Part shown: piece after piece, positions 21,259 to 29,259 of the stretch
Layout: each line of letters opens with the position of its first letter
Numbering within the stretch: the stretch's first letter is position 1
Position numbers and translations under genes: made by a program
Assembly: GCA_964493715.1 (NCBI GenBank)
Contig: CAZBPC010000037.1
Span: 1-29,259, forward strand
Direction of reading: 5' to 3'
Origin: an uncultured archaeon
GTDB taxonomy: Archaea; Asgardarchaeota; Lokiarchaeia; Sigyniarchaeales; SOKP01
DNA length: 29,259 nt
The notes under the pieces: generated by a model
What the model saw: only the letters and a program-made list of their open reading frames with translations
What the model was told of the DNA's origin: nothing
Databases searched by the model: none

Positions 21259-23415
21259 TTAATATTTACTCTCGTCGTGTAAATCCTTCGCAGATTTAAA
21301 GAATGAACCCCTTTGTTGTGAAGGTCTACTTATTTTAGATCTAAACCTGACCTCAGATTGAGTATAAGACTTAGGATTTAATTCTGATATGAATTGTGAA
21401 ATTCTTGATGTTTGATATCCTTTAAAAGTCTGAACTGTTGCAGGTGATATTAAATAAAGTTGATCTTTTGCCCGAGTTACTGCCACATAAAATGTTCTTC
21501 TCTCTTCTTCAAGTGCATCAGGATCGTCACTAACTTTACTTGATGGGAATTGATCTTGAATCAACATAGGAATGAATACAACTCTCCATTCAAGACCTTT
21601 TGCCCTATGAATAGTAGAAATAATAAGAGGTTTTTCTTCGTTAATCTGATTACCGGCAATTACGGTTTTAGATTCAATATTTGAACCGTTCAAGCTCAAG
21701 TTTTCCAAAAACTTTCTAATTGATTGAAAATTTTGTGCATATACACTAAATTGCTTTAAATCTTCAATCCTATCCTGCCAATTTTCATATTTAGTTTTCA
21801 TGTAACCCTCCAAGATCTTAATGAGGTGTAGAATTAGTTTAGATGGATCATCATACTCCAAGAGATTACCAAGTTTTTTTACGTGTGTGATCCAATTTTT
21901 CTTTCCTTGTTGCGAAATTCTTGAACTTTTCAATTTTTCACTGAAAAAAGAATCTTTTGCCATTGATTTAATTGGATCCTCCATATTTACAATTTCAGCA
22001 AAAATCTTTGATCCCGATTTGGTTCCGATACCAGGTATCATAGTAAATATGCGTGACCACGAGATTTCATCGTAAGGATTCTCAAAGATTCTTAAATAGG
22101 AAATTGCATCTTTTATATGAGCTTTTTCAAAAAAAGCAACACCTGCTCTTACTTCATAAGGTACGTTTTTTCTTTGTAATTCAAGTTCAATTTTCAATGA
22201 ATGATGGCCAGCTCTTACCAATACAGCCATATCATGAAGATCAACCCCTTCAGAACGTAATTTTAATATCTGGTTTGCTATAAAACGAGCTTGAGATTTA
22301 TCATCCTCGGTATCCACTTGAAAGGGTTTAATACCAGCTTCGCGAGTAGGACGCATTTGCTTTTTAAATTGTTTCTTATTATGATTAATCGAATCATTTG
22401 CGAGTCGTAAAATTTGAGGAATGCTACGATAATTATAAGTAATAGCATATTTTTTGCAATCTTGATAAGCTTTTTCAAAATTCATTATATTTTCAAAATT
22501 AGCACCTCTAAAAGCATATATACTTTGAGCATCATCTCCAACAGCCATCACATTATGATTAAAATTCTGTTGCACGATTTTCTTTATTATTTCATCTTGA
22601 ATGAAATTAGTATCTTGATACTCATCTACGAGAACGTATTTTATTCTACGCGCGATTAATTGTGCTACATTTCTTTCTTCTAATAATCGATTCCAGAAGA
22701 CTAACATGTCATCGAAATCTACTAGACTATCTTCTTCCTTCTTTTTAGCATAAATTTTGAAGACCTCTCTTAATTTCAACAATAACTTATCATTATCAAA
22801 TTGGGGATATTTCCATTCAATAACTTCCTTAATACTTTTGTTGCAGTTAATTGAATAGGAGAGAATGTTTTTAGCCATTGCTGTAGTAGGGAATCGCTCA
22901 TCCACCTCTTTTACTTCCGCTTGATTTATAGATAACTTTAATAACCCCCTTGCATCAGTTTCATCCATTATGGTGAAGTTTGGCTTTAATCCTAATGATT
23001 TCGCATACTTTCTTAAGAATCGATTTGCTATAGAATGAAATGTTCCTGCCCATATACCTTTCGGTCTCTTTCCAAGTAATTGTTCTACCCGTTCTATCAT
23101 TACATTTGCAGCCTTATTAGTGAAAGTGACTAACATGATTTCACTTGGTTTAACTCCTGAGACTAATAATTTTGCTACCGCATATACAATCGTTCGAGTC
23201 TTTCCAGATCCTGCACCAGCGATTACAAGCATAGGTCCCTTCAAGTTATTAATGATATTCAATTGTTCTTCATTTAATTCAGACTTAAAATTAACGGGAT
23301 TATATTCTTCAATAACTTCAGTTATCTCTGTATCCAAGCTATCATCATAATCCTCATCCAAATATTCAAAAATGAATTTCTCATTCATATTAATTTTTTG
23401 AGATGGCATTACCAA
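21259..23415 (-). CDS. uvrD: UvrD/PcrA/Rep family SF1 ATP-dependent DNA helicase
   Basis: AGAGSGKT, VTFTNKAA, GTFH, VDEYQD, VGDDAQSIYAFRGA, NYRS, STIHRAKGLEW, EERRTFYVAVTRAK; SD GAGGAG upstream of the TTG start. Confidence 0.95.
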   Translation of the reverse strand: MVMPSQKINMNEKFIFEYLDEDYDDSLDTEITEVIEEYNPVNFKSELNEEQLNIINNLKGPMLVIAGAGSGKTRTIVYAVAKLLVSGVKPSEIMLVTFTNKAANVMIERVEQLLGKRPKGIWAGTFHSIANRFLRKYAKSLGLKPNFTIMDETDARGLLKLSINQAEVKEVDERFPTTAMAKNILSYSINCNKSIKEVIEWKYPQFDNDKLLLKLREVFKIYAKKKEEDSLVDFDDMLVFWNRLLEERNVAQLIARRIKYVLVDEYQDTNFIQDEIIKKIVQQNFNHNVMAVGDDAQSIYAFRGANFENIMNFEKAYQDCKKYAITYNYRSIPQILRLANDSINHNKKQFKKQMRPTREAGIKPFQVDTEDDKSQARFIANQILKLRSEGVDLHDMAVLVRAGHHSLKIELELQRKNVPYEVRAGVAFFEKAHIKDAISYLRIFENPYDEISWSRIFTMIPGIGTKSGSKIFAEIVNMEDPIKSMAKDSFFSEKLKSSRISQQGKKNWITHVKKLGNLLEYDDPSKLILHLIKILEGYMKTKYENWQDRIEDLKQFSVYAQNFQSIRKFLENLSLNGSNIESKTVIAGNQINEEKPLIISTIHRAKGLEWRVVFIPMLIQDQFPSSKVSDDPDALEEERRTFYVAVTRAKDQLYLISPATVQTFKGYQTSRISQFISELNPKSYTQSEVRFRSKISRPSQQRGSFFKSAKDLHDESKY

Positions 23416-23522
23416 ACGAAATACTCCTCTCTTTTTAAATTATGATAATAATACATGTGAATTCCTATTTAGAAGCTATGAGACATCATTAATTTTTCAA
23501 TTTAATTTAAAAAAACTCCGAT

Positions 23523-23553
23523 AAAATCTTATCACCTAAACAAATAAGATTTT
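23523..23553. promoter_or_regulatory. Inverted repeat / back-to-back archaeal promoters
   Basis: AAAATCTTAT-N11-ATAAGATTTT, perfect 10-bp arms, between the divergent uvrD and gelsolin genes. Confidence 0.45.
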
Positions 23554-23606
23554 TAAGCCTTCATTGAAATTAATCCATATTAGATAATTTTTTACATTAG
23601 GATATC

Positions 23607-24383
23607 ATGAAATATTATCGAATTAATGATGATGGAGAATTAATAGATATATATAAATTAGATTTCAGTGATAATGAAACTTACGTAGTAGATGATATCG
23701 CTAAAAATGTAATCTATATTTGGGTTGGTTTAAATGTTACTGACAATCAAAAAAAATTCGCAGCTGAATTTGCCAGACAAATAGAAACAGTTGAAGATGT
23801 TTCCACTCGTATTTTAATCATGAAACAAAAAAGAGAATTTGGATCATTTCTAGCCATGATGGATGATTTTAGAAAAGGACTAATTCCCGGTAAAACAGCT
23901 GAAAGGCGACCCGAACTAAAGTTAAAAGTACCATTACGGAGTCAGAAACGAGAAACCCTAAAAGTACCCGAAGTTAAGCAATACGATGAAACTGAAACTT
24001 TAATCCTGCGATGGTTGGAGCAGATTAAATCACATAGAGAATTTGAGGTTGAATCCAAAACGCAAGACATTTCAGAGCAACTAGAGATAAAATCTGATGA
24101 ATTACTTGACTCTGAAGAAAAATTTGATTTTGAAACCCAAACACGAGAAGGGGCCTACTTTTTTTCGCTTAAACATTTAACTTACGATGAATTGTGTTGG
24201 TTTCTTGCAGAAAAAATTCAAAAGATCAACTTCGGTATGCCTAGTTTAGAGAATATTAAGACAAAAGCAGAAGAAATCTTCCATTCTTCCATTACTTATG
24301 ATGAACTATGTTGGTTAAACTCTGAAATAGATCTTCTTCTCAAAAAGAGTTTTCTTCAACAAGAGAAAGTGAAATTTAAATAA
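23607..24383 (+). CDS. Single gelsolin-domain protein with duplicated C-terminal helical module (Asgard 1DGelX-like)
   Basis: N-terminal DFSDNETYVVDD...IYIWVG...KKFAAEFARQI...ILIMKQKREFGSF gelsolin pattern; C-terminal TYDELCW twice, 38 aa apart. Confidence 0.78.
   Translation: MKYYRINDDGELIDIYKLDFSDNETYVVDDIAKNVIYIWVGLNVTDNQKKFAAEFARQIETVEDVSTRILIMKQKREFGSFLAMMDDFRKGLIPGKTAERRPELKLKVPLRSQKRETLKVPEVKQYDETETLILRWLEQIKSHREFEVESKTQDISEQLEIKSDELLDSEEKFDFETQTREGAYFFSLKHLTYDELCWFLAEKIQKINFGMPSLENIKTKAEEIFHSSITYDELCWLNSEIDLLLKKSFLQQEKVKFK
24180..24316 (+). repeat. Intragenic duplication encoding TYDELCW
   Basis: ACTTACGATGAATTGTGTTGGTT (24180) and ACTTATGATGAACTATGTTGGTT (24294), 114-bp period. Confidence 0.75.
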
Positions 24384-24415
24384 ATTTATATTATATATAA
24401 AACCCTCTTATTAGA

Positions 24416-25072
24416 ATGGATTCGAGAGATGATACCTTTGTTAAACTAATCCTTGATTGGTTTAAAAGTAACAAGAGAGAGTTCTCTTGGAGAACACTTG
24501 AATTATCACCTTTTCAAGTGTTGATAGCAGAATTAATGCTACAAAAAACAAATGCTTCACAAGTCGAAAATATCTTTCCAAGATTTATAGAGACTTATCC
24601 AAATCCAGAAAGCATTGCCAATGTTAGTGAATATGATCTTGCAACCTTACTCCAACCTTTAGGGTTATTTAATAGAAGAGCTAGAGATTTAAAAAAGACT
24701 TCAATAATTATTCTTAATCTTAAAAACGTAGTTCCATCAGAAAAGAAAGATCTCTTAAATTTACCGGGGGTAGGAGATTATATCGCTAATGCTGTTCTTT
24801 GCTTCGCATTTAATAAAAAAATGCCGATTATAGATGCTAATGTAGGAAGAATTATGAAACGAATATTTTCCTTCCCTGTCAAAAGCGCTCCCTCAAGAGA
24901 TAAAAAATTAGGAGAGAAAATGGAAGACTTAATACCAGATAGATATTTCAAGGAATTTAATTATGCGATATTAGATCTTGCGGCACTTATTTGTTTACCG
25001 CGAAATCCAAGATGTGAAGAATGCCCCTTAACTGTTATTTGTGATTATTTTATGAAGTTAGAGATTGATTAG
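24416..25072 (+). CDS. HhH-GPD DNA glycosylase with 4Fe-4S cluster (MIG / short MutY-like)
   Basis: REFSWR, AELMLQKT, HhH LPGVGDYIA, catalytic IDAN, FCL motif CLPRNPRCEECPLTVIC; no MutY C-terminal domain. Confidence 0.88.
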   Translation: MDSRDDTFVKLILDWFKSNKREFSWRTLELSPFQVLIAELMLQKTNASQVENIFPRFIETYPNPESIANVSEYDLATLLQPLGLFNRRARDLKKTSIIILNLKNVVPSEKKDLLNLPGVGDYIANAVLCFAFNKKMPIIDANVGRIMKRIFSFPVKSAPSRDKKLGEKMEDLIPDRYFKEFNYAILDLAALICLPRNPRCEECPLTVICDYFMKLEID

Positions 25073-25161
25073 GTTGCTAAAAATCTAATATAATCAAAAT
25101 TAAATTAATGTTAAATAAATTATAAAAGAAAATTAAAAAAACCACTATAATTTTCTTAGCA

Positions 25162-25851
25162 TTGAGGTTATTAACATTGCATAAAGAAGAGAATTCCATT
25201 GAAAATCATCAATGGACAGACGATCATGCGGAAAAATTTGTTGAATCAATGGAAAAACAGGTTAAAACAAAATATGAACCATTTGCTAAGAAAATCGCCA
25301 AGATATATGAAGACTATAAGATTTCAGAAAATCCACGAATTATGGATTTAGCATGTGGACCAGCCTTCTTATTAATGGAAATACAAAAAAAAATTCCTTC
25401 CGCTTCTTTACTTGGTGTTGATTCTTCTGAAAAAATGTTGAAATATGCTAATCAGAAAGTTAAAGAATATGATTATCAAGGAATCAAATTTAAACAAGGA
25501 GTTGCAGAATCGATTCCTCTAGAAGATAATTCGTATTCTATCATTACTTGCCACAACAGTTTCCATGATTTTAAAGATCCTAAAAAGGTACTTAGTGAAG
25601 TTTATAGAGTTTTAAAAAAAGAGGGTATTTTTATTTTGAAAGATAAAAATCCGAGTTATCCAAAATGGAAGATGAAAGTTCATTTCTTTTTCTTGAGGTT
25701 TAATATGGGAAAAGAACGGTCAAAGCATTATTATAAGAGCTCTCATCACTGGATACAACCTCAAGTTATGGAAAATTGGATGAGAGAACTAAATTTAAAC
25801 GTTAAATTCATATCAAAAAGCGTAGATTATATTGTTGTGGGAAAGAAGTAA
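25162..25851 (+). CDS. Class I SAM-dependent methyltransferase (UbiE-like)
   Basis: MDLACGPA, GVDSSEKML, GVAESIPLEDNSY, EVYRVLKKEG; TTG start uncertain. Confidence 0.87.
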   Translation: MRLLTLHKEENSIENHQWTDDHAEKFVESMEKQVKTKYEPFAKKIAKIYEDYKISENPRIMDLACGPAFLLMEIQKKIPSASLLGVDSSEKMLKYANQKVKEYDYQGIKFKQGVAESIPLEDNSYSIITCHNSFHDFKDPKKVLSEVYRVLKKEGIFILKDKNPSYPKWKMKVHFFFLRFNMGKERSKHYYKSSHHWIQPQVMENWMRELNLNVKFISKSVDYIVVGKK

Positions 25852-25882
25852 AGAGAGAATTGATTTTATTTCTTATGACTTC

Positions 25883-26635
25883 TTATTTAGCTAGCTCGAT
25901 AACCATTTTAAGTGCTTTCAATCCTTTTACAGTAATATGATAAGATTTGTCTGTCTCATTAATAACAACAAATTTCGCTTCCTTCAATTGGGTAAGATGA
26001 AAATTAAAGTGCCCTCCTTTTAAACCTAAAGTACGTTCTAAATTTGTATAATAATTTCTTCCCTTACTCAGTTCTTTCAAGATTTTTAAACGATTCTCAT
26101 TACCTAAAACAGACATTATTTTGCTTTCGTCTCTCTCGTTTCCTTCAAATAATTCAAATTCATCTTCTCGCTCCAAAAGTTTTTTAAATTCTGAAATTGA
26201 ATTTTCTTTTGAACTCAATAAAAAGTCCCGTATGTTAGTTAAGGTTAGTTTAGCATTTTCAATACAATTACTATCTGGGCAGATCCCATTTTCGGAATAT
26301 GTACTGATTTGATCAAGATATCGTTTAATTAAGCCATTAGCCTCGTAAAATCCATTCTCTGAGTACACTCTTAATACCTTCATCACTCTTTTTTGAACAA
26401 AAGTTGTGCATTGAGTAATAACTTGACAATTATTTGGTCTGTGATCAAGAAAGCTATTTAGCATATCTTCAGTAGTTTTAATAATTCTTGTATGAGCATT
26501 TGTTCTATTTTGATCTCTTGCAATAAGGTTAAAGTCTACTTTCATTTTCAGAATTAGATCTTGAAGACAAGCTAATTTATTGTCTAACTCTTCAAATTTA
26601 ATATTAATATTCTCGGGGACTTTTTTAGATTCCAT
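25883..26635 (-). CDS. ArsR-type winged-helix transcriptional regulator with Cys-containing N-terminal domain
   Basis: C-terminal LGNENRLKILKEL...LGLKGGHFNFHLTQL...YHITVKG; N-terminal Cx5C and Cx4C pairs. Confidence 0.82.
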   Translation of the reverse strand: MESKKVPENINIKFEELDNKLACLQDLILKMKVDFNLIARDQNRTNAHTRIIKTTEDMLNSFLDHRPNNCQVITQCTTFVQKRVMKVLRVYSENGFYEANGLIKRYLDQISTYSENGICPDSNCIENAKLTLTNIRDFLLSSKENSISEFKKLLEREDEFELFEGNERDESKIMSVLGNENRLKILKELSKGRNYYTNLERTLGLKGGHFNFHLTQLKEAKFVVINETDKSYHITVKGLKALKMVIELAK

Positions 26636-26642
26636 AAATTAA

Positions 26643-26685
26643 TACCACAAAATAATGTAGTAACTACTACCACATTTATATAGTA
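26643..26685. promoter_or_regulatory. Candidate operator: array of TACYACA-like half-sites in both orientations
   Basis: TACCACA 26643-49, TGTAGTA 26656-62, TACCACA 26668-74, TATAGTA 26679-85; AATGTAGTA-N5-TACCACATT inverted repeat with one mismatch. Confidence 0.55.
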
Positions 26686-26731
26686 TGAATAATTCGCATT
26701 ATATATAAAATTAACCTATGTTTTGAGAAAA

Positions 26732-27883
26732 ATGGCAGGAAAGTATGAATTAATCGCAAAAAAGATGGGGGCTACTTGGACAGAAGAAATGAAAAGAATT
26801 CTTAAAACGCTTTTCACTCCTGAGGAAGCTGATGTTTTACTTGTATTTAATGGTCCATATATGGATCGATATACGTCGCAAAAAATTGCACGGAAACTCA
26901 AACGTTCTGTAGATGAGATCAACCCCATATTAAATGAAATGGCGCGAACTCAAAGATTATTTTCAGCAATAAAAGGAGGAGAAACTACTTATTCATTATT
27001 CCCTTTAATTCCAGGACTTTTTGAATTGTATTTCTCTAACCATAAACGAGCTTCAGAAGAAGAGATCGAAGTATTAAAAGTTTTTACTGAGGAATATGAG
27101 AAATATTATGATCAAGGACATGTAACAAATTCTTTGAGTTCTGATTATCCTTTTATGAGGGTATTTGTTGACCAAGAAATTATAGAAGAAACCGTTAATA
27201 GAGGGAAAGGGACCCTCTTGGATGTTAATGAAGAAGTTGAAGTGATTAAAAACAAGATATTACCTTTTGAGCAAGTGAAAACCTTGGTTGATAAGTCGCG
27301 CCGGATTTCAGTTATGGATTGCGCTTGCCGGACTCACATGAAAATCTATAATAAAGGAGTTCCGATAAACGAGTATCCCATAAATGTATGCATGAATTTC
27401 AATACATTTGCGGATTATTGCATAAAACAGGGATTTGGAAGAGAATTAACAAAACAAGAAGCTCTTAAAACTTTGACGAAAGCTGCCGAAGCAGGATTAG
27501 TACATACTACACAAAATATAACCGAAAAAATGTCGTTTATATGTAATTGTGATCGTGATTGTTGCATAATGCTTCGAGGAATTCGACAATTTGATAACCT
27601 TGGAATGATTGCAACCTCAAATTTTCTTCCTGAATATGAAAAAGAGAAATGTATGTTATGCTTAAAATGTACCGAACTTTGTCCCATGGAAGTTATAATG
27701 GCTATTGATGAAGGTACTGATAATCAGAGAATTTCTATTAATACTGATAGGTGCATTGGTTGTGGAGTTTGTGCTTTTAATTGTCCCAAAGAAGCAATAT
27801 CGATGGTAAAGCGGTTTGATAAGGTTCCTGTAGACAATATGATGATGGCAATGACAAAAACTATTGACGGAAGGACAAAATAA
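26732..27883 (+). CDS. 4Fe-4S dicluster protein with N-terminal HTH-like region and Cys-rich middle domain (paralog 1)
   Basis: ILKTLFTPEEA, DCACR, C, ICNCDRDCC, CMLCLKCTELCP, CIGCGVCAFNCP. Confidence 0.85.
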   Translation: MAGKYELIAKKMGATWTEEMKRILKTLFTPEEADVLLVFNGPYMDRYTSQKIARKLKRSVDEINPILNEMARTQRLFSAIKGGETTYSLFPLIPGLFELYFSNHKRASEEEIEVLKVFTEEYEKYYDQGHVTNSLSSDYPFMRVFVDQEIIEETVNRGKGTLLDVNEEVEVIKNKILPFEQVKTLVDKSRRISVMDCACRTHMKIYNKGVPINEYPINVCMNFNTFADYCIKQGFGRELTKQEALKTLTKAAEAGLVHTTQNITEKMSFICNCDRDCCIMLRGIRQFDNLGMIATSNFLPEYEKEKCMLCLKCTELCPMEVIMAIDEGTDNQRISINTDRCIGCGVCAFNCPKEAISMVKRFDKVPVDNMMMAMTKTIDGRTK

Positions 27884-27943
27884 TAAAAATTTTAAAAAAA
27901 TGAATAATAATTATATAATTAAAGAAATAATAGTTGAATTGAA

Positions 27944-29053
27944 ATGAGTGAAGAAGCATTAGAAATATATAAAAGTTTAAGAGAGCATCTTGATAAATTA
28001 CCCATCGGGTTCCCAGAAACAGAATCAGGAGTTGAAATAAGAATTTTAAAACATCTGTTTACCCAAGATCAAGCTGAAATAGCTTTAAGTCTTGGATTTT
28101 ACCCGGATAATATTAAAAAACTGCAAAGAAAATTAAAAAAATATACAAAGGAAGAATTAGAGCAACGATTAGATGAAATGTATTTCAATGGTTTGATCAA
28201 TCGCGGAGTTCGAAATGAAAATGGAATAGATGTTAAATATTATACTCTCGCACCCTTAGCGATTGGGATGTACGAATATCAATTGAACCGATTAACCCCA
28301 GAATTTTTTAAAGATGTAGAAGATTATTTCGAGGAAGGATTTTTAGATGAATATAATAAGACAGGTATCCCTCAGATACGTACCATACCTATAGAGCAAA
28401 CAGTGGATCACGAGCAATCCATTGCGTCATATGATGACTTGAAAAATGTAATAGAAACTATTGGAGGACCAATAGCAGTTGCGGAATGTATTTGTAGAAA
28501 AGGTACTGACTTAATTGGAGAATCATGTAAAAAAACTGATCTCCGTGAATCTTGTTTTTCATTTAGGACTGCTGCTAAAGTTTATATTGAAAAAGGACTT
28601 GGAAGAGAAATAAGTAAGGAAGAAGCTCTTAAAATTTTAGAAAAAGCTCAGGAGGATGGATTAGTTCTTCAACCAGGAAATTCTCAACGCCCGATGAATT
28701 TATGTACGTGCTGTGGCTGCTGTTGTGGAGTTTTATCCCATCAAAATATGCTTGAAGAGCCTGCTCAATTTTTTGCTTCAAATTACTATGCTAAGGTTGA
28801 TTCTGATGAATGTATTGGATGCGGAATTTGTGAAGAAAGATGTAACATGAATGCTGTTCACGTTGAAGATGCTATTGCGGTCGTGAATTTAGCGCGTTGC
28901 ATCGGTTGCGGTGCATGCGTGCCTAGTTGTACTTCTGAAGCTATAAAATTATACAAAAAAGAAGGAGAAATTATCCCACCTAAGAATACTGTTGAAACTT
29001 ATTTATCCATAATGGATAAAAGAGCAGAATTAGCAAGAGCAGAAAAAGAATAA
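27944..29053 (+). CDS. 4Fe-4S dicluster protein with N-terminal HTH-like region and Cys-rich middle domain (paralog 2)
   Basis: PETESGVEIRILKHLFT, ECICR, LCTCCGCCC, CIGCGICEERC, CIGCGACVPSC. Confidence 0.87.
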   Translation: MSEEALEIYKSLREHLDKLPIGFPETESGVEIRILKHLFTQDQAEIALSLGFYPDNIKKLQRKLKKYTKEELEQRLDEMYFNGLINRGVRNENGIDVKYYTLAPLAIGMYEYQLNRLTPEFFKDVEDYFEEGFLDEYNKTGIPQIRTIPIEQTVDHEQSIASYDDLKNVIETIGGPIAVAECICRKGTDLIGESCKKTDLRESCFSFRTAAKVYIEKGLGREISKEEALKILEKAQEDGLVLQPGNSQRPMNLCTCCGCCCGVLSHQNMLEEPAQFFASNYYAKVDSDECIGCGICEERCNMNAVHVEDAIAVVNLARCIGCGACVPSCTSEAIKLYKKEGEIIPPKNTVETYLSIMDKRAELARAEKE

Positions 29054-29134
29054 ATTACCCTAATATTTCTAAAACCTAATAATTATCTTTTTATAGTACA
29101 TCAATTTTAAATAATAAGTTTTAAAGGAAGGTTA

Positions 29135-29259
29135 ATGATGAAGAGCGTAATTGATAACTCACTGATCAAAGTTGATCTTGAAAAGTGTACACTTTGTAAA
29201 GCCTGTGTTAATGATTGCGTAGCAAGACTGTTTTATATTGAATCAGATAAGCTTCATAT
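29135..29259 (+). CDS. Partial CDS, N-terminal 4Fe-4S ferredoxin domain (possibly a ferredoxin-nitroreductase fusion); runs off the window
   Basis: Hand translation MMKSVIDNSLIKVDLEKCTLCKACVNDCVARLFYIESDKLH with CxxCxxCxxxC; purine-rich AAGGAAGG upstream. Confidence 0.75.
   Translation, partial: MMKSVIDNSLIKVDLEKCTLCKACVNDCVARLFYIESDKLH

Overview
AT-rich, gene-dense archaeal chromosomal segment with 27 complete CDS and one partial CDS at the right edge. I saw no rRNA, tRNA, CRISPR array or transposase. A Rab-like small GTPase and a one-domain gelsolin with a duplicated C-terminal module, set among intronless prokaryotic operons, point to an Asgard archaeon, probably Lokiarchaeia (inference). 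The left half is catabolic and redox: SDR, cupin, Fe-S aldo/keto reductase, ICMT-family methyltransferase, MFS transporter, and a haloalkane dehalogenase divergent from an operon of FAD oxidoreductase / CCG Fe-S protein / FAD oxidoreductase / SCP2-like / CrtC-like hydratase, followed by a GH2 beta-galactosidase. The best candidate for a new system is at 19.0-25.1 kb. There a DpdA-type 7-deazaguanine DNA transglycosylase faces a DUF6884/YaaA-like (DpdC-like) gene, with no dpdB or dpdD-K in the window. The pair is flanked by a Nudix hydrolase, a UvrD/PcrA helicase whose tail ends in a RadA/Rad51-type FxxA motif, and a short MIG/MutY-like glycosylase. The right end has a Cys-rich ArsR-type regulator divergent from two tandem paralogous multi-Fe-S proteins, with a visible candidate operator between them. 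All family calls come from recognising motifs by eye; no searches were run.
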